Positions 41,868 to 53,817 of a DNA stretch of 64,000 bases are shown here, piece after piece. The stretch comes from an uncultured Candidatus Saccharibacteria bacterium (GTDB lineage: Bacteria > Patescibacteriota > Doudnabacteria > UBA920): contig CAZVXT010000003.1 in assembly GCA_964631145.1 (NCBI GenBank), positions 2,750-66,749 on the forward strand. Reading direction: 5' to 3'. The notes beneath the pieces are model-generated. The model did not search any database and was not told the origin of the DNA. It saw only the letters and a list, made by a program, of their open reading frames with translations. Every line of letters begins with the position of its first letter. The first letter of the stretch is position 1. Made by a program: the position numbers and the translations under genes.

Positions 41868-42491
41868 ATGATTACTAATATGAGCGAGTTAAAAAGTAAA
41901 CTTATTAATCAAGCGGGATTTACAATTACAGAATTAATGGTTGTAATTGTAATTTTTATTACATTGTCCAGTGTGGTTATTTTGCAATGGAATAGTCAAA
42001 CTCCAAACCGATCTTTAAATATTGCTCAAAACGAGTTAGTAACAAATTTGCGAAAAGCACAAAGCTATACTTTGTCTTCACGTAATATAGCAACTAGTAA
42101 CCCAGCTAAATTTTATTTAGTTAGAGTTGCTACTGCAGAAAATACTTATACTATTAATGGAGTTGATAGTAATTATAATTATTATCCATCTATCGAAACC
42201 GTAAGTTTGCCTTCTGGTTTAGACTTTGGTTCGCTATCTTTATACGACCCTGCTAATGGTAGTACCACTGTTCCTGCGTGTGCGCTTTTAATATTTAGTG
42301 CACCATTTGGCAAACTATATTTGGAGGGTGCTGCAACTTGTGACTCTTCTATTACTACCACGTTACAAAATTTGGCTACATTAACTCCAAAAGCAGATAA
42401 ACAATTAACTATAACCATCCGTCATATTAAGCAAGGAGCAACACGAGCTGTAGTAGCTAGGGGGTTAACTGGAAGAATTGATAACAACTAA
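41868..42491 (+). CDS. Minor pilin / pseudopilin.
   Basis: ...NQAG|FTITELMVVIVIF with Glu at +5. Confidence 0.7.
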   Translation: MITNMSELKSKLINQAGFTITELMVVIVIFITLSSVVILQWNSQTPNRSLNIAQNELVTNLRKAQSYTLSSRNIATSNPAKFYLVRVATAENTYTINGVDSNYNYYPSIETVSLPSGLDFGSLSLYDPANGSTTVPACALLIFSAPFGKLYLEGAATCDSSITTTLQNLATLTPKADKQLTITIRHIKQGATRAVVARGLTGRIDNN

Positions 42492-42495
42492 TTAT

Positions 42496-43164
42496 ATGAG
42501 AAATCAAGCAGGACAAACTTTAATAGAAACCATGGTAGCAATGTTTATTTTAGTTATGGGTATTGCAGCTGCTGTGGGGTTGGCAAACTATGCATTATCA
42601 GCCAGCGGCTCTGTTAATAAACAATTGATAGCTATGGGTCTGGCTAGAGAAGGTATGGAAGCGGTAAAGAATATGCGAGATACAAATTGGTTGAAGACGC
42701 CTTTGTCAGCGACTTGCTTTGATTTTTATAGTCAAACAAATACTTCTAATTGTTATACAAACTGGTTAAACGGCACTGGTTATAGCGGTTATAATATTGA
42801 TCCAGGTACCACATCAACATATATCTTAAAATTTGATCAGGCAACAATTAGTTATTGGTCTTTGGTTCCTGAGGCTAATAAATTTGGTTTAAATTATTCA
42901 ACCTCTACTCCAGGCACAGGTTTTTATAATCCTGGTATTGGTGTTTTGTCTTCCGCGGCTACTTCAGATTTTTCCCGATCAATTACTATTAGCAAAGATA
43001 CCAGCTTTTCACCTTTTAATAATGCATCTCTAGGGGGGAGGGTTAAGGTTACAGTTAACGTATGGTGGAAGGACAAGCATTGCCCAGTCTCTGATACTGT
43101 ACCAAGTAGTACAAAATGCAAAGTAACGCTGAATACATACTTAACTAATTGGAAGAATTATTAA
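42496..43164 (+). CDS. Minor pilin-like protein.
   Basis: MRNQAG|QTLIETMVAMFIL with Glu at +5 and Gln at +1. Confidence 0.6.
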   Translation: MRNQAGQTLIETMVAMFILVMGIAAAVGLANYALSASGSVNKQLIAMGLAREGMEAVKNMRDTNWLKTPLSATCFDFYSQTNTSNCYTNWLNGTGYSGYNIDPGTTSTYILKFDQATISYWSLVPEANKFGLNYSTSTPGTGFYNPGIGVLSSAATSDFSRSITISKDTSFSPFNNASLGGRVKVTVNVWWKDKHCPVSDTVPSSTKCKVTLNTYLTNWKNY

Positions 43165-43167
43165 TGT

Positions 43168-43773
43168 ATGCATAAATTAGATTTCAAAATATCAAATAGG
43201 CAGTCAGGGTTTACATTAATGGAAATCATTATAGCAACTGCACTGTTTATTACTGTCGTTGCTTCTGTGATGTCATTGTTCAATTATGTATTGAAGATTA
43301 ACCGTAGAGTACAGGCAATGCGTCAGGTAACTCAAGGTTCCAGAAATTTTACCGAAGCAGTAGTTAGAGAAATACGCAATGGGCAGATCGATTATAACAG
43401 CACCAATTCTAATTGTCCTTCTGCTGGCTATCAATCTACATCAAACTCGTCTTTAGCAATTATTACTTCGTTAGGAGATAGGCTTTGCTACTATCTTAAT
43501 ACCAACACTCAACAGTTGATGTTAAGTAAAACTAGTAGTTCTTCCACCACAGAAGAATCGGTTAATCCTCCTAATTTTAAAATTAGACAAGGCACCTTTA
43601 GATTGATTGTTAGACCTGGTTCTAATCCAAAAGTTAATCCATATCCTGGAGTACAACCTATGGTAACCATTATAGCCAAGTTTGAAGTTCAATTGCCTGG
43701 TGCTATAGAAAGTATGGTTATCCCTTATCAAACAACAATTTCGGCAGATTCATATGACATCCCTCATAACTAA
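43168..43773 (+). CDS. Minor pilin.
   Basis: ...NRQSG|FTLMEIIIATALF with Glu at +5. Confidence 0.7.
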   Translation: MHKLDFKISNRQSGFTLMEIIIATALFITVVASVMSLFNYVLKINRRVQAMRQVTQGSRNFTEAVVREIRNGQIDYNSTNSNCPSAGYQSTSNSSLAIITSLGDRLCYYLNTNTQQLMLSKTSSSSTTEESVNPPNFKIRQGTFRLIVRPGSNPKVNPYPGVQPMVTIIAKFEVQLPGAIESMVIPYQTTISADSYDIPHN

Positions 43774-44548
43774 AAATAAAATCAATTATTCTAAACAGCA
43801 AGGTGTTTCGCTAATGCTTTCTATTTTAGTTTTATCTGCAATTACTGCCATAGCATTTTCTTTGGCAGCCATTGTATTGGTAGAACTACGTTCTTCAGGT
43901 GACGTGTTGCGAACAGAACCTGCATTATATGCTACCTTGGGAGCAAGCGAAGAGGCTTTGTTTCAATACAAGAGGTTTGTAAACGACCGCGAAGATGGAA
44001 GTACTGTAAATACTTTAAATATTGCAACTTGTTTTCCTGCAAATCAAAATATTTGCCAACTTGGGAATGTTGCTTTAACCTTTCCTGGAACACAACCTCT
44101 ACAGTTTGATAATACTCCACGAGTAGAGACTGTTTACGCTGGCACGGTAACCAAAATACCTTTATATACATTAAATAATTTTAATTTACAGTATGGTAAG
44201 ATCGTCTTACAAATTGTGCCAAATGGTACCACTGCTAGCTTAGCAGTCAATATGGTAAAGACAGCTATTGATGGCACAGTCACTGATCCATTATTTACTC
44301 CAAGCTATTCTATTACATCAGCATCTAGTCCGTTACAACTAACTTCATTTGTTGGAAACAATCAATATGATTTGGTTTTAGATAATACTGCTAACTCCAC
44401 TCAAAATATCTTAGTCAGTATCTCTAGTTATGATACTAATAGTACAACCCCAAAAGGTTTGCCATTTATTGGACAACAGGTTCTTAAAATTACAGCTGAT
44501 TATCTTGGGTTAACTAGGGTTTATACTATAAAGATTCCTATACCATAA
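43754..44548 (+). CDS. Pilus-associated protein (PilX-like?).
   Basis: N-terminus ...KQQG|VSLMLSILVL lacks Glu at +5; operon position. Confidence 0.45.
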   Translation: MTSLITKNKINYSKQQGVSLMLSILVLSAITAIAFSLAAIVLVELRSSGDVLRTEPALYATLGASEEALFQYKRFVNDREDGSTVNTLNIATCFPANQNICQLGNVALTFPGTQPLQFDNTPRVETVYAGTVTKIPLYTLNNFNLQYGKIVLQIVPNGTTASLAVNMVKTAIDGTVTDPLFTPSYSITSASSPLQLTSFVGNNQYDLVLDNTANSTQNILVSISSYDTNSTTPKGLPFIGQQVLKITADYLGLTRVYTIKIPIP

Positions 44549-44571
44549 AATAAACGAGCTATTTGTAACAA

Positions 44572-44608
44572 AATAAAAAACTCGACTTATGTCGAGTTTA
44601 ATTTTTTG
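44572..44608. terminator. Bidirectional terminator.
   Basis: aaactcgac-ttat-gtcgagttt followed by a T-run. Confidence 0.65.
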
Positions 44609-44975
44609 GGATTTTTAGTACTTGTCCAGGTTTCAGATCAAAAGGGGGTTCTAGTTTATTAAGAGTGGCTAATGCTGACCACTCAACTTTTACATCTTGA
44701 CTAATTGTGAATAAGGTATCTCCTTTTTTAACGGTATAATCGTGATAAATATTGTTGTCGCTAGAGTCTTCAGTCTTTACACCCAATACTTGAGGGTGGG
44801 AGATATTATCCGTTTGATTATGAATTAATAGCCATCCAACTCTTCCAATTAAGAACAAGCTTAATATGGTAAAAATGCCGGTTCCAATTTTGAAAAAATT
44901 AAATCTATCAGTATTTCTTCCTACGCCGAGGCTAAGTTTTTTAGAAAGTCTGATTTTTTTGTTTGTTTCTATCAT
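44598..44975 (-). CDS. LysM-domain membrane protein.
   Basis: YTVKKGDTLFTISQ ... LKPGQVLKIP; N-terminal TM helix. Confidence 0.7.
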   Translation of the reverse strand: MIETNKKIRLSKKLSLGVGRNTDRFNFFKIGTGIFTILSLFLIGRVGWLLIHNQTDNISHPQVLGVKTEDSSDNNIYHDYTVKKGDTLFTISQDVKVEWSALATLNKLEPPFDLKPGQVLKIPKN

Positions 44976-45068
44976 AAAGTCTATATAAATATTTTATCAA
45001 GTATCGGCATATATATCTATAATTTTGTGGGGATAAGTTTATATATTTAAAAAGTGCAAATTATATAA

Positions 45069-47111
<2,043 letters not shown>

Positions 47112-47204
47112 TTGAATAGCTTGATTTTTTATTAATAACGTGGTATAGTGGTATGTTTACTATAAAGTAAATGAATTTTGAATTTTTTAAGGAGGAATAA
47201 AATT

Positions 47205-47939
47205 ATGGGTTTATGGGATAAAGCTAAAGAAGTTTTTTTGGAAGAGGTGCCAAATACTAAACATCTTGAGCCAAAGGAACAAAAAGTAGAAGATTTTGAT
47301 ATTGACAAATTTCTAAAGGAATTGGACAAGCCACCTAAGGACAGAATAAATACAAAGCAGCAACCTGTGGTTGTTACTTCTCCAGTAATTTCTAAACCAG
47401 TCGTTACTTCGACGCCAGATTTAATTGGTAAAACCAGGGAAGAATATAAAAAATTGATTCAAGAAAAAATAAATTCTGTGATCACTCCTGGTTATAAAAC
47501 TTTTTTAAATAGGCTTGATGAGATGAGTGAGATAGATGGTATGCCAGAACAAGCTGCTTATAAAGCAGCTCTAAAAACATCTGGTATTTCTGTTCAAGAA
47601 ATTGAGCAGGTTCATACTCGGATTTTGTCTGTATTATCCGAGGAGAAGATTAGTTTTGAATCGCTTTGTGAACAGAGTCAGCAAACTATTGTTTACCAAT
47701 TCGCACAGACCGAAAAAGATTTAAATGACAAAATCTTGCAGAACAAGAAGACTATTGAACAGTTAAATCAAGAAAACAGTGATTTGTATTCTCAGATCGG
47801 TAGTCTGACTACTACAAGGACAGATGAGTCAGAAAAAGTTAGTAAGAGTTTGCAAACATTTTTGGATGCAATGACTGAAATCAAATCGCAAACAGAAGCA
47901 GATGCCAAAACTACATCCGAACATTTGGTGTCTAAGTGA
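47205..47939 (+). CDS. Hypothetical coiled-coil protein.
   Basis: AAGGAGG 9 nt before ATG 47205. Confidence 0.45.
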   Translation: MGLWDKAKEVFLEEVPNTKHLEPKEQKVEDFDIDKFLKELDKPPKDRINTKQQPVVVTSPVISKPVVTSTPDLIGKTREEYKKLIQEKINSVITPGYKTFLNRLDEMSEIDGMPEQAAYKAALKTSGISVQEIEQVHTRILSVLSEEKISFESLCEQSQQTIVYQFAQTEKDLNDKILQNKKTIEQLNQENSDLYSQIGSLTTTRTDESEKVSKSLQTFLDAMTEIKSQTEADAKTTSEHLVSK

Positions 47940-47944
47940 TAATT

Positions 47945-47975
47945 ATCAAACGCAAGGATACTTGCGTTTTTTATT
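47945..47975 (+). terminator. Terminator.
   Basis: aaacgcaagg-atac-ttgcgttt followed by a T-run. Confidence 0.7.
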
Positions 47976-48019
47976 TATCTTGACTATTGGTCATGCTGTG
48001 GATATATTGATCCTAGATC

Positions 48020-48115
48020 CCCCTAATCGTTTCGATGGTTAGGTGCGAGGGTTGGGTTATCTCAACCCTCAGCGCTTTATGGATCACCTGTGTATATAAA
48101 CACAGGTTTTTATTT
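48020..48115 (+). other. Two adjacent stem-loops followed by a T-run.
   Basis: gagggttg-ggttatct-caaccctc and acctgtgt-atataa-acacaggt followed by a T-run. Confidence 0.3.
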
Positions 48116-48200
48116 TATATTTATTTGCATGCCCAGACTACGAATATTGACATATATTATAAATACAGATATAATACTAAATTAAAAAATAGGAGGAGAT

Positions 48201-48980
48201 ATGTATTATCAAGGGATATCAGATCAAAAATTTCGAGAAATTATAGCAAGTGTGTATCAATACAAGTGCCAATATTGCTTACGTGTTTTTAACATAAATA
48301 ATTTGCAAGTTGATCACATTTATCCAAAAAGTCTTGGTGGTCCGAATGAATTATTTAATTACACTTTGTCTTGTGATTGCTGTAATAGAATAAAATCAAA
48401 TCAAATTTTACATGAAGCAGCTCAAAATTTTTTACAAATGTGGGCAACTATAAAATCTAAAGATATTTTAACAAAGATTAATTTATTGCTAAAAGTTCCT
48501 ATATACTCAACTAAGGGTGTCAAGAAATCGAGCTATAAATCAAATAAATTTCCCAAAGGGAGTTTTTTAAATCCACATGCTTATGGTAATTGCCAATACT
48601 TTAACGATGGGTTAATGCAACGTAATCACGAAAATCACTTTCGTGTTTATAAAAAAATGATTTTGTCTGAGTTTAGTGTTGATAGTGGTAATAGTTCAAT
48701 ATTGATTTTAGAATCTAAAATAAATATTGAATATTTTTTAAATCATTTAGAAATAAATTTTCGAGAATTTATAGATTTTTTAAAATGGATCAAATCGACG
48801 TATGTGAAACTTAAGGACGGAGAAATTGAAGCTTTATGTTTAAGAAATAAAATTACTTACAATCAAAAAGTTAAGGAGTTCTCAACCATCAAGATGGGTT
48901 ATATAGAGAGTATTCATATCGAGCTAAATTATATAAGTAGAATTTGGGCAAATAACTTTTTTGCAAGTATCCCAAATTAA
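48201..48980 (+). CDS. HNH endonuclease-domain protein.
   Basis: CQYC ... DHIYPKSLGG ... N ... CDCCNRIK (HNH with two CxxC pairs); an uncharacterised C-terminal half follows. Confidence 0.7.
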   Translation: MYYQGISDQKFREIIASVYQYKCQYCLRVFNINNLQVDHIYPKSLGGPNELFNYTLSCDCCNRIKSNQILHEAAQNFLQMWATIKSKDILTKINLLLKVPIYSTKGVKKSSYKSNKFPKGSFLNPHAYGNCQYFNDGLMQRNHENHFRVYKKMILSEFSVDSGNSSILILESKINIEYFLNHLEINFREFIDFLKWIKSTYVKLKDGEIEALCLRNKITYNQKVKEFSTIKMGYIESIHIELNYISRIWANNFFASIPN

Positions 48981-48994
48981 TTGTATTGATTTAA

Positions 48995-49022
48995 TAGCCT
49001 CTTTATTTAGGAGGCTTTTTTA
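48995..49022 (+). terminator. Terminator.
   Basis: agcctct-ttattta-ggaggct followed by a T-run. Confidence 0.55.
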
Positions 49023-49068
49023 TTTTTAAAAATCTTGAAATTTTCATAAATTTTCTTAAAAAACTCTT

Positions 49069-49098
49069 GACAAACCCTAAAACCTTGGTTATTATGAT
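49069..49098 (+). promoter_or_regulatory. Consensus sigma70 promoter, candidate 23S-5S promoter.
   Basis: TTGACA, 17-nt spacer, TATTAT. Confidence 0.5.
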
Positions 49099-50242
49099 TT
49101 TACGTTTAAACATTGACAACTTCGCAACAAATATGTCAAAAAACTATTTATTTTTAAATAACATGCGGCTCGTATAACTAGCTTATTTAAGTTGTATCGA
49201 GAACCGCTAATCTGCGGTTTTTTTGTTGCCAAGTCACATTAACAATTTGCCTCTATATATTTACTGCTCTCAGGTTGCTCAGCCATTCCATTATAACCTA
49301 GGGAAACAGGCCAGATGTCACACCGATATTAAGAGCAGTAGCTATATGGCGGTAAAGCAATAGCTTTATAGCCAAGTACATTAAAAACTAAATAGTGGTA
49401 ATTTATTCTCGCATTCAACCGGCGAGAATAAGTACTGTAAGTTTAATCTAAAAAGAACAAGACAAACATTGATCTTACTTATTTAAAGTAAGTTTAAAGA
49501 AAACCCAAAGCAGTTTGTTCATCATGTAAATGGTGTTTACAAATTGCTTGTCAAAATATCTGTGTAATCAAATTTGTTTACAAATTTGTGATTAAAACAG
49601 AGAAGGGTATATGGTGGATGCCTTGGTATTATGAGCCGATGAAGGACGCAGTTGCCGGCGATACGCTTCGGGTAGGTGGCAAACAACCTTTGATCCGAAG
49701 ATTTCCGAATGGGGAAACCCATGCATTTGAAGAATGCATGCCTTTGTGCCGTGGGGTACATTGAGCGGGAACCATGCGAAGTGAAACATCTCAGTAGCAT
49801 GAGGAAAAGAAAGAAAGTTGTCGTTAGACAATTCGATTCCCTTAGTAGTGGCGAGCGAAAGGGGAGCAATATAAATATTTATTGACTGCTTATTTACAAT
49901 TCATTTTTATGAAAAGTAAGATATGCAAGTAGTCAATAAATATTTATTAGCCCAAACTTAATTTGTGTTGTTTTCTGGACTAGTTTACTAGAAAGGAAAA
50001 CTTAAAGCTTACTGGCGTTGCAAGTTAAGCGTAATAAGAGAGGACATTGTAGAGCAGTAACTCTACAGAGGAATTTAAGTGTGCTATGTAGCAGAACAAG
50101 CCTGGAAAGGCAGACCAAAGAGGGTGATAGTCCCGTATAGCGAAACATCATACCGTTCCTGATCTTTATCTTGAGTACGTCCAGACACGAGAAATCTGGA
50201 CTGAAGTAACGTAGACTAATACGTAAGGCTAAATACTCATAA

Positions 50243-50283
<41 letters not shown>

Positions 50284-50915
50284 CACCCCGGAAGGGGAAT
50301 GAAATAGTCTCTGAAACCATATACTTACAAGGAGTGGAAGACCTAGGGCTCGCAAGAGATTCCAGGTTAACCGCGTGCCTATTGAAGAATGATCCAACGA
50401 GTTAGTTATATGCGGCTTAACTAAGTGTTATCAAACACGAAGTTGTAGTGAAAGCGAGGATTAATAGTCCGTATTAAGTTATATTCAGTTTTCGGCTTTT
50501 GCTGGATACTGAATATAATCTTAAATGTCGCATGTGCTAGACCCGAAACCCGAGTGAGCTACCCATGGCCAGGATGAACGTTGTGTAAAAGCAACGGGAG
50601 GTCCGAACCCACTAATGTTGCAAAATTAGGGGATGAGCTGTGGGTCGAAGAGAAATTCTAATCGAACCGGGTGATAGCTGGTTCTCCTCGAAATAACTTT
50701 AGGGTTAGCGTCACATGTTCTCTCCAGAGGTAGAGCACTGAATCGATCTCCGGTGCGCAAGCGTCGGATTCGAACCAAACTCCGAATTCTGAGAGATAAA
50801 TAGTGTGGCAGTTAGTCTATCGGCTCTAAGGTCGATCAGACGAATGGAGAAGAATCCACACCGCCGTTTAAGGTCCCCAAATCCTAGCTATAGTGCAAAG
50901 GATGTGGGATTGCTC

Positions 50916-50952
<37 letters not shown>

Positions 50953-51674
50953 TAAAGAAAGCGTAACAGCTCACTGGTCAAGCGATCCTGCGCCGACAAT
51001 ATATAGGGGCTAAGCTAGGTACCGAAGACGCGGGTTGCATAGTAATTTATTATTATGCAGCGGTAGAGGAGTGTTGTGTACAGGCTGAAGCCGGACTCGT
51101 AAGAGCCGGTGGACAGTACACAAGTAAGAATGTTGGAATAAGTAATATATATAGGGGTGAGAATCCCCTTCGCCGAATATCCAAGGTTTCCTGGGCAACG
51201 ATCGTCGTCCCAGGGTTAGTCGATCCTAAGAGCCGGCCTCAAGAGGTCGGTCCGATGGAAAACAGGGTTGATATTCCCTGACCAACTATGCGTTATCCAA
51301 GGCGGGACGCATCATGGTAGTTTGAGCGTACTGTGAGTATGTACGTCGTTGTATCCGTAGGGAGAAACTCTAGGTAAATCCGGAGTTTCAAAGTTAGCTG
51401 GCTTTCGCAAGAAAGTTAGCTAGTTGTAATCTCGAAGATATGAAGAAAGTTCGCAAGGACAATTCGAATGAACCAAGGTGCCAAGAAAAGCGTCGTGGTT
51501 ACGCGTGTAGCTGTCCGTACCGCAAACCGACACAGGTGGATGAGGAGAGAATCCTAAGGCGTCCGGATCAATGTTCGTTAAGGAACTCGGCAATACAGCA
51601 GGTGTACCTTCGGTATATACCTCGCCTGTTTGCATGCTGGGTAATAGATTTTTATATCAAAAAAAGTTTTGTAC

Positions 51675-51745
51675 GGAGTGGTAGCTTAGTGGTAAAGCGC
51701 TAGCTTTCAACTTAGAATACGAAGGTTCGAATCCTTCCTACTCCG
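51675..51745 (+). tRNA. tRNA-like element 1. It has a Glu-type CTTTCAA loop but a mispaired anticodon stem.
   Basis: Acceptor ggagtgg pairs with ctactcc (one G-U); D-arm gctt-agtggta-aagc; T-arm gaagg-TTCGAAT-ccttc. Only two to three of five anticodon-stem pairs form. Confidence 0.45.
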
Positions 51746-51895
51746 TCAAAATCATATGGGGTACAACTTATAAAAAACTTTTCAAGTTTTTAAGCTTATG
51801 GCACTTAAATGTCTGTTCGTCAGATAGTTTTCAAAATTATTTTGAAGACAAGTGTTAATTCACGCATTTAAGCAAGTAAGTATCCCGCCAATTTC

Positions 51896-51968
51896 GCGGC
51901 AATAGCTCAGCTGGAAGAGCGCTTAGCGTTCCGCTAAGAGGTCGTAGGTTCAAGTCCTACTTTCCGCT
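51896..51968 (+). tRNA. tRNA-like element 2. Ala-like body; anticodon loop CGTTCCG has G at position 33 and C at position 37.
   Basis: TAGCTCAGCTGGAAGAGCG D-arm; stem cttag pairs with ctaag; T-arm gtagg-TTCAAGT-cctac; acceptor has one C-U mismatch. Confidence 0.45.
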
Positions 51969-52037
51969 TTGGAAACATACTGGTTGTTTAAAAAGTTTGA
52001 CCGACTTGCATAATGAACAATTTGTTTCCATTCAATT

Positions 52038-52110
52038 CGGGTTGTAGCTCAACCAGGTAGAGTATTAGCCTTGGTGGCTAAAGTTATAGGTTCAAATCCT
52101 ATCAACCCGA
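52038..52110 (+). tRNA. tRNA-like element 3. Anticodon loop CTTGGTG (TGG, Pro-like) with U at position 37.
   Basis: Perfect acceptor stem cgggttg/caacccg; anticodon stem ttagc/gctaa; T-arm atagg-TTCAAAT-cctat. Confidence 0.5.
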
Positions 52111-52114
52111 TTTT

Positions 52115-52188
52115 TCCGCGGTATATCAATTGGTAGATTGTGCGATACGTACATCGCAAGGTTCTAGGTTCGATTCCTAGTCGCGGAG
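52115..52188 (+). tRNA. tRNA-like element 4 with an 8-nt anticodon loop (TACGTACA).
   Basis: Acceptor tccgcgg pairs with tcgcgga (one G-U); T-arm ctagg-TTCGATT-cctag; anticodon stem tgcga pairs with tcgca. Confidence 0.45.
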
Positions 52189-53095
52189 TTGAAGAGGTTA
52201 ATAAACCGTTAAATTAAATTTTGGCGAATTTCAAAAATTTAGCTTCTTCATTCAATTAAAAAATGATGTAAAACTATTCTCGATTGTATTTTAATCGAGT
52301 CTATTACCCAGCATGTTAAACAGGCCGCAGCGAAAGACCTCTCCCGACTGTTTATCAAAAACTTAGGTCCGTGCTAAAGCGCAAGCTGATGTATACGGGC
52401 TGATGCCTGGCCAGTGTCAGAAGGTCAAACCCCTTGGGGCAACCTCGGGGGCCAAGCCCTGATGAACGCCGGCGGTAACTATAACCGTCCTATGGTAGCG
52501 AAATTCCTTGTCGCGTAAGTTGCGACCCGCACGAATGGCATAACGAGTAGAGGACTGTCTTAACGAACACTCCGATGAACTTACAGTGGCGGTAAAGATG
52601 CCGTCTACCCGCAGCAAGACGGAAAGACCCTATGAAGCTTTACTATAGCGTGCTATTGAAATAATGTTTTCATTGTTTAGTATAGGTGGGAGACTTTGAT
52701 GCTAACGCGCCAGCGTTAGCGGAGTCGAAATGTGAAATACCACCCTGTGAATGTGTTGTTTCTAACTAACTCTTAACCTAAGTTAGGACAGTGGCTCGTG
52801 GGTAGTTTAACTGGGGCGGTTGCCTCCTAAATGGTAACGGAGGCGTTTATTAAGGTAGGCTAGGCGCGGATGGAAATCGCGCTGGTAGTGCAAACGCATA
52901 AGCCTGCTTGACTGCAAGAGTGGCGACTCGCGCAGGTGGGAAACCAGAAGTTAGTGATCCGATGCGTTCGAGTGGAAGACGCAAAGCCCAACGGATAAAA
53001 GTTACTCTAGGGATAACAGGCTGATCTTCTCCAAGAGTCCATATCGACGAGAAGGTTTGGCACCTCGATGTCGGCTCATCACGTCCTGGGGGTGA

Positions 53096-53132
<37 letters not shown>

Positions 53133-53631
53133 TGGTACGCGAGCTGGGTTCAAAACGTCGTGAGACAGTTTGGTCCTTATCTGCTGTGGGTGTACGAAAT
53201 TTGAGTGGTCACATCTCTAGTACGAGAGGACCGAGATGTATCGACCTCTGGTGTACCCGTTGTTCCTTCAGGAGCACGGCGGGGTAGCTAGGTCGAGTTT
53301 AGATAAGCGCTGAAAGCATATAAGCGCGAAGCTGTCCACAAGACTAGATTTCGTTGAGACTTCGGTCTCGAAAGGTTCGCAGGAGACTACTGCGTATTTC
53401 AATCAAAATAATTTTTTTGAAGGGCTTGCCTGGATAAAAAATTGTAGCGATTTTATAGGTTGCAGGTGTAAGGATAGTAATATCTTCAGCCGAGCAATAC
53501 TAATCAACCGAAAGTTTTAATCTTTATTACACTTTTGACAAGCAATTTGTGAATTGTTTATAGTACTTTTTAATTATCACTATCAGTTTTTAATAAATGC
53601 CCTCGGGCTTAAATCTTTATAGATAGAGATT

Positions 53632-53748
53632 TGGGCTGGGTGGCATTTACGGTGTGGTCCGACCTGATCCCATCTCGAACTCAGAAGTCAAACGCGCTCG
53701 TGCCGATGATAGTCTGGTGCATGCCAGTGCAAAAGTAGGTAGCTGCCC
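53632..53748 (+). rRNA. rrf: 5S ribosomal RNA.
   Basis: ...GGTGTGGTCCGACCTGATCCCATCTCGAACTCAGAAGTCAAACG ... GTAGGTAGCTGCCC. Confidence 0.88.
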
Positions 53749-53755
53749 TTATAAC

Positions 53756-53790
53756 ATCAAACTCTCCGAGCAGGAGAGTTTTTTGATACC
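53756..53790 (+). terminator. rRNA operon terminator.
   Basis: aaactctcc-gagcag-gagagttt followed by a T-run. Confidence 0.7.
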
Positions 53791-53817
53791 AAATTACAAT
53801 TTAAATGGAGGTAAATT

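Larger units (their letters stand above)
51647..52301 (+). other. Intervening sequence inserted at the tip of 23S helix H63, closed by a 21-bp stem (51625-51646 pairs with 52302-52324).
   Basis: cctgtttgcatgctgggtaata and tattacccagcatgttaaacagg are near-perfect reverse complements flanking non-rRNA sequence. Confidence 0.7.

Noticed and set aside
49113-49145. Second TTGACA upstream of the 23S.
   Set aside because: There is no acceptable -10 at 16-18 nt spacing. The promoter at 49069 is preferred.
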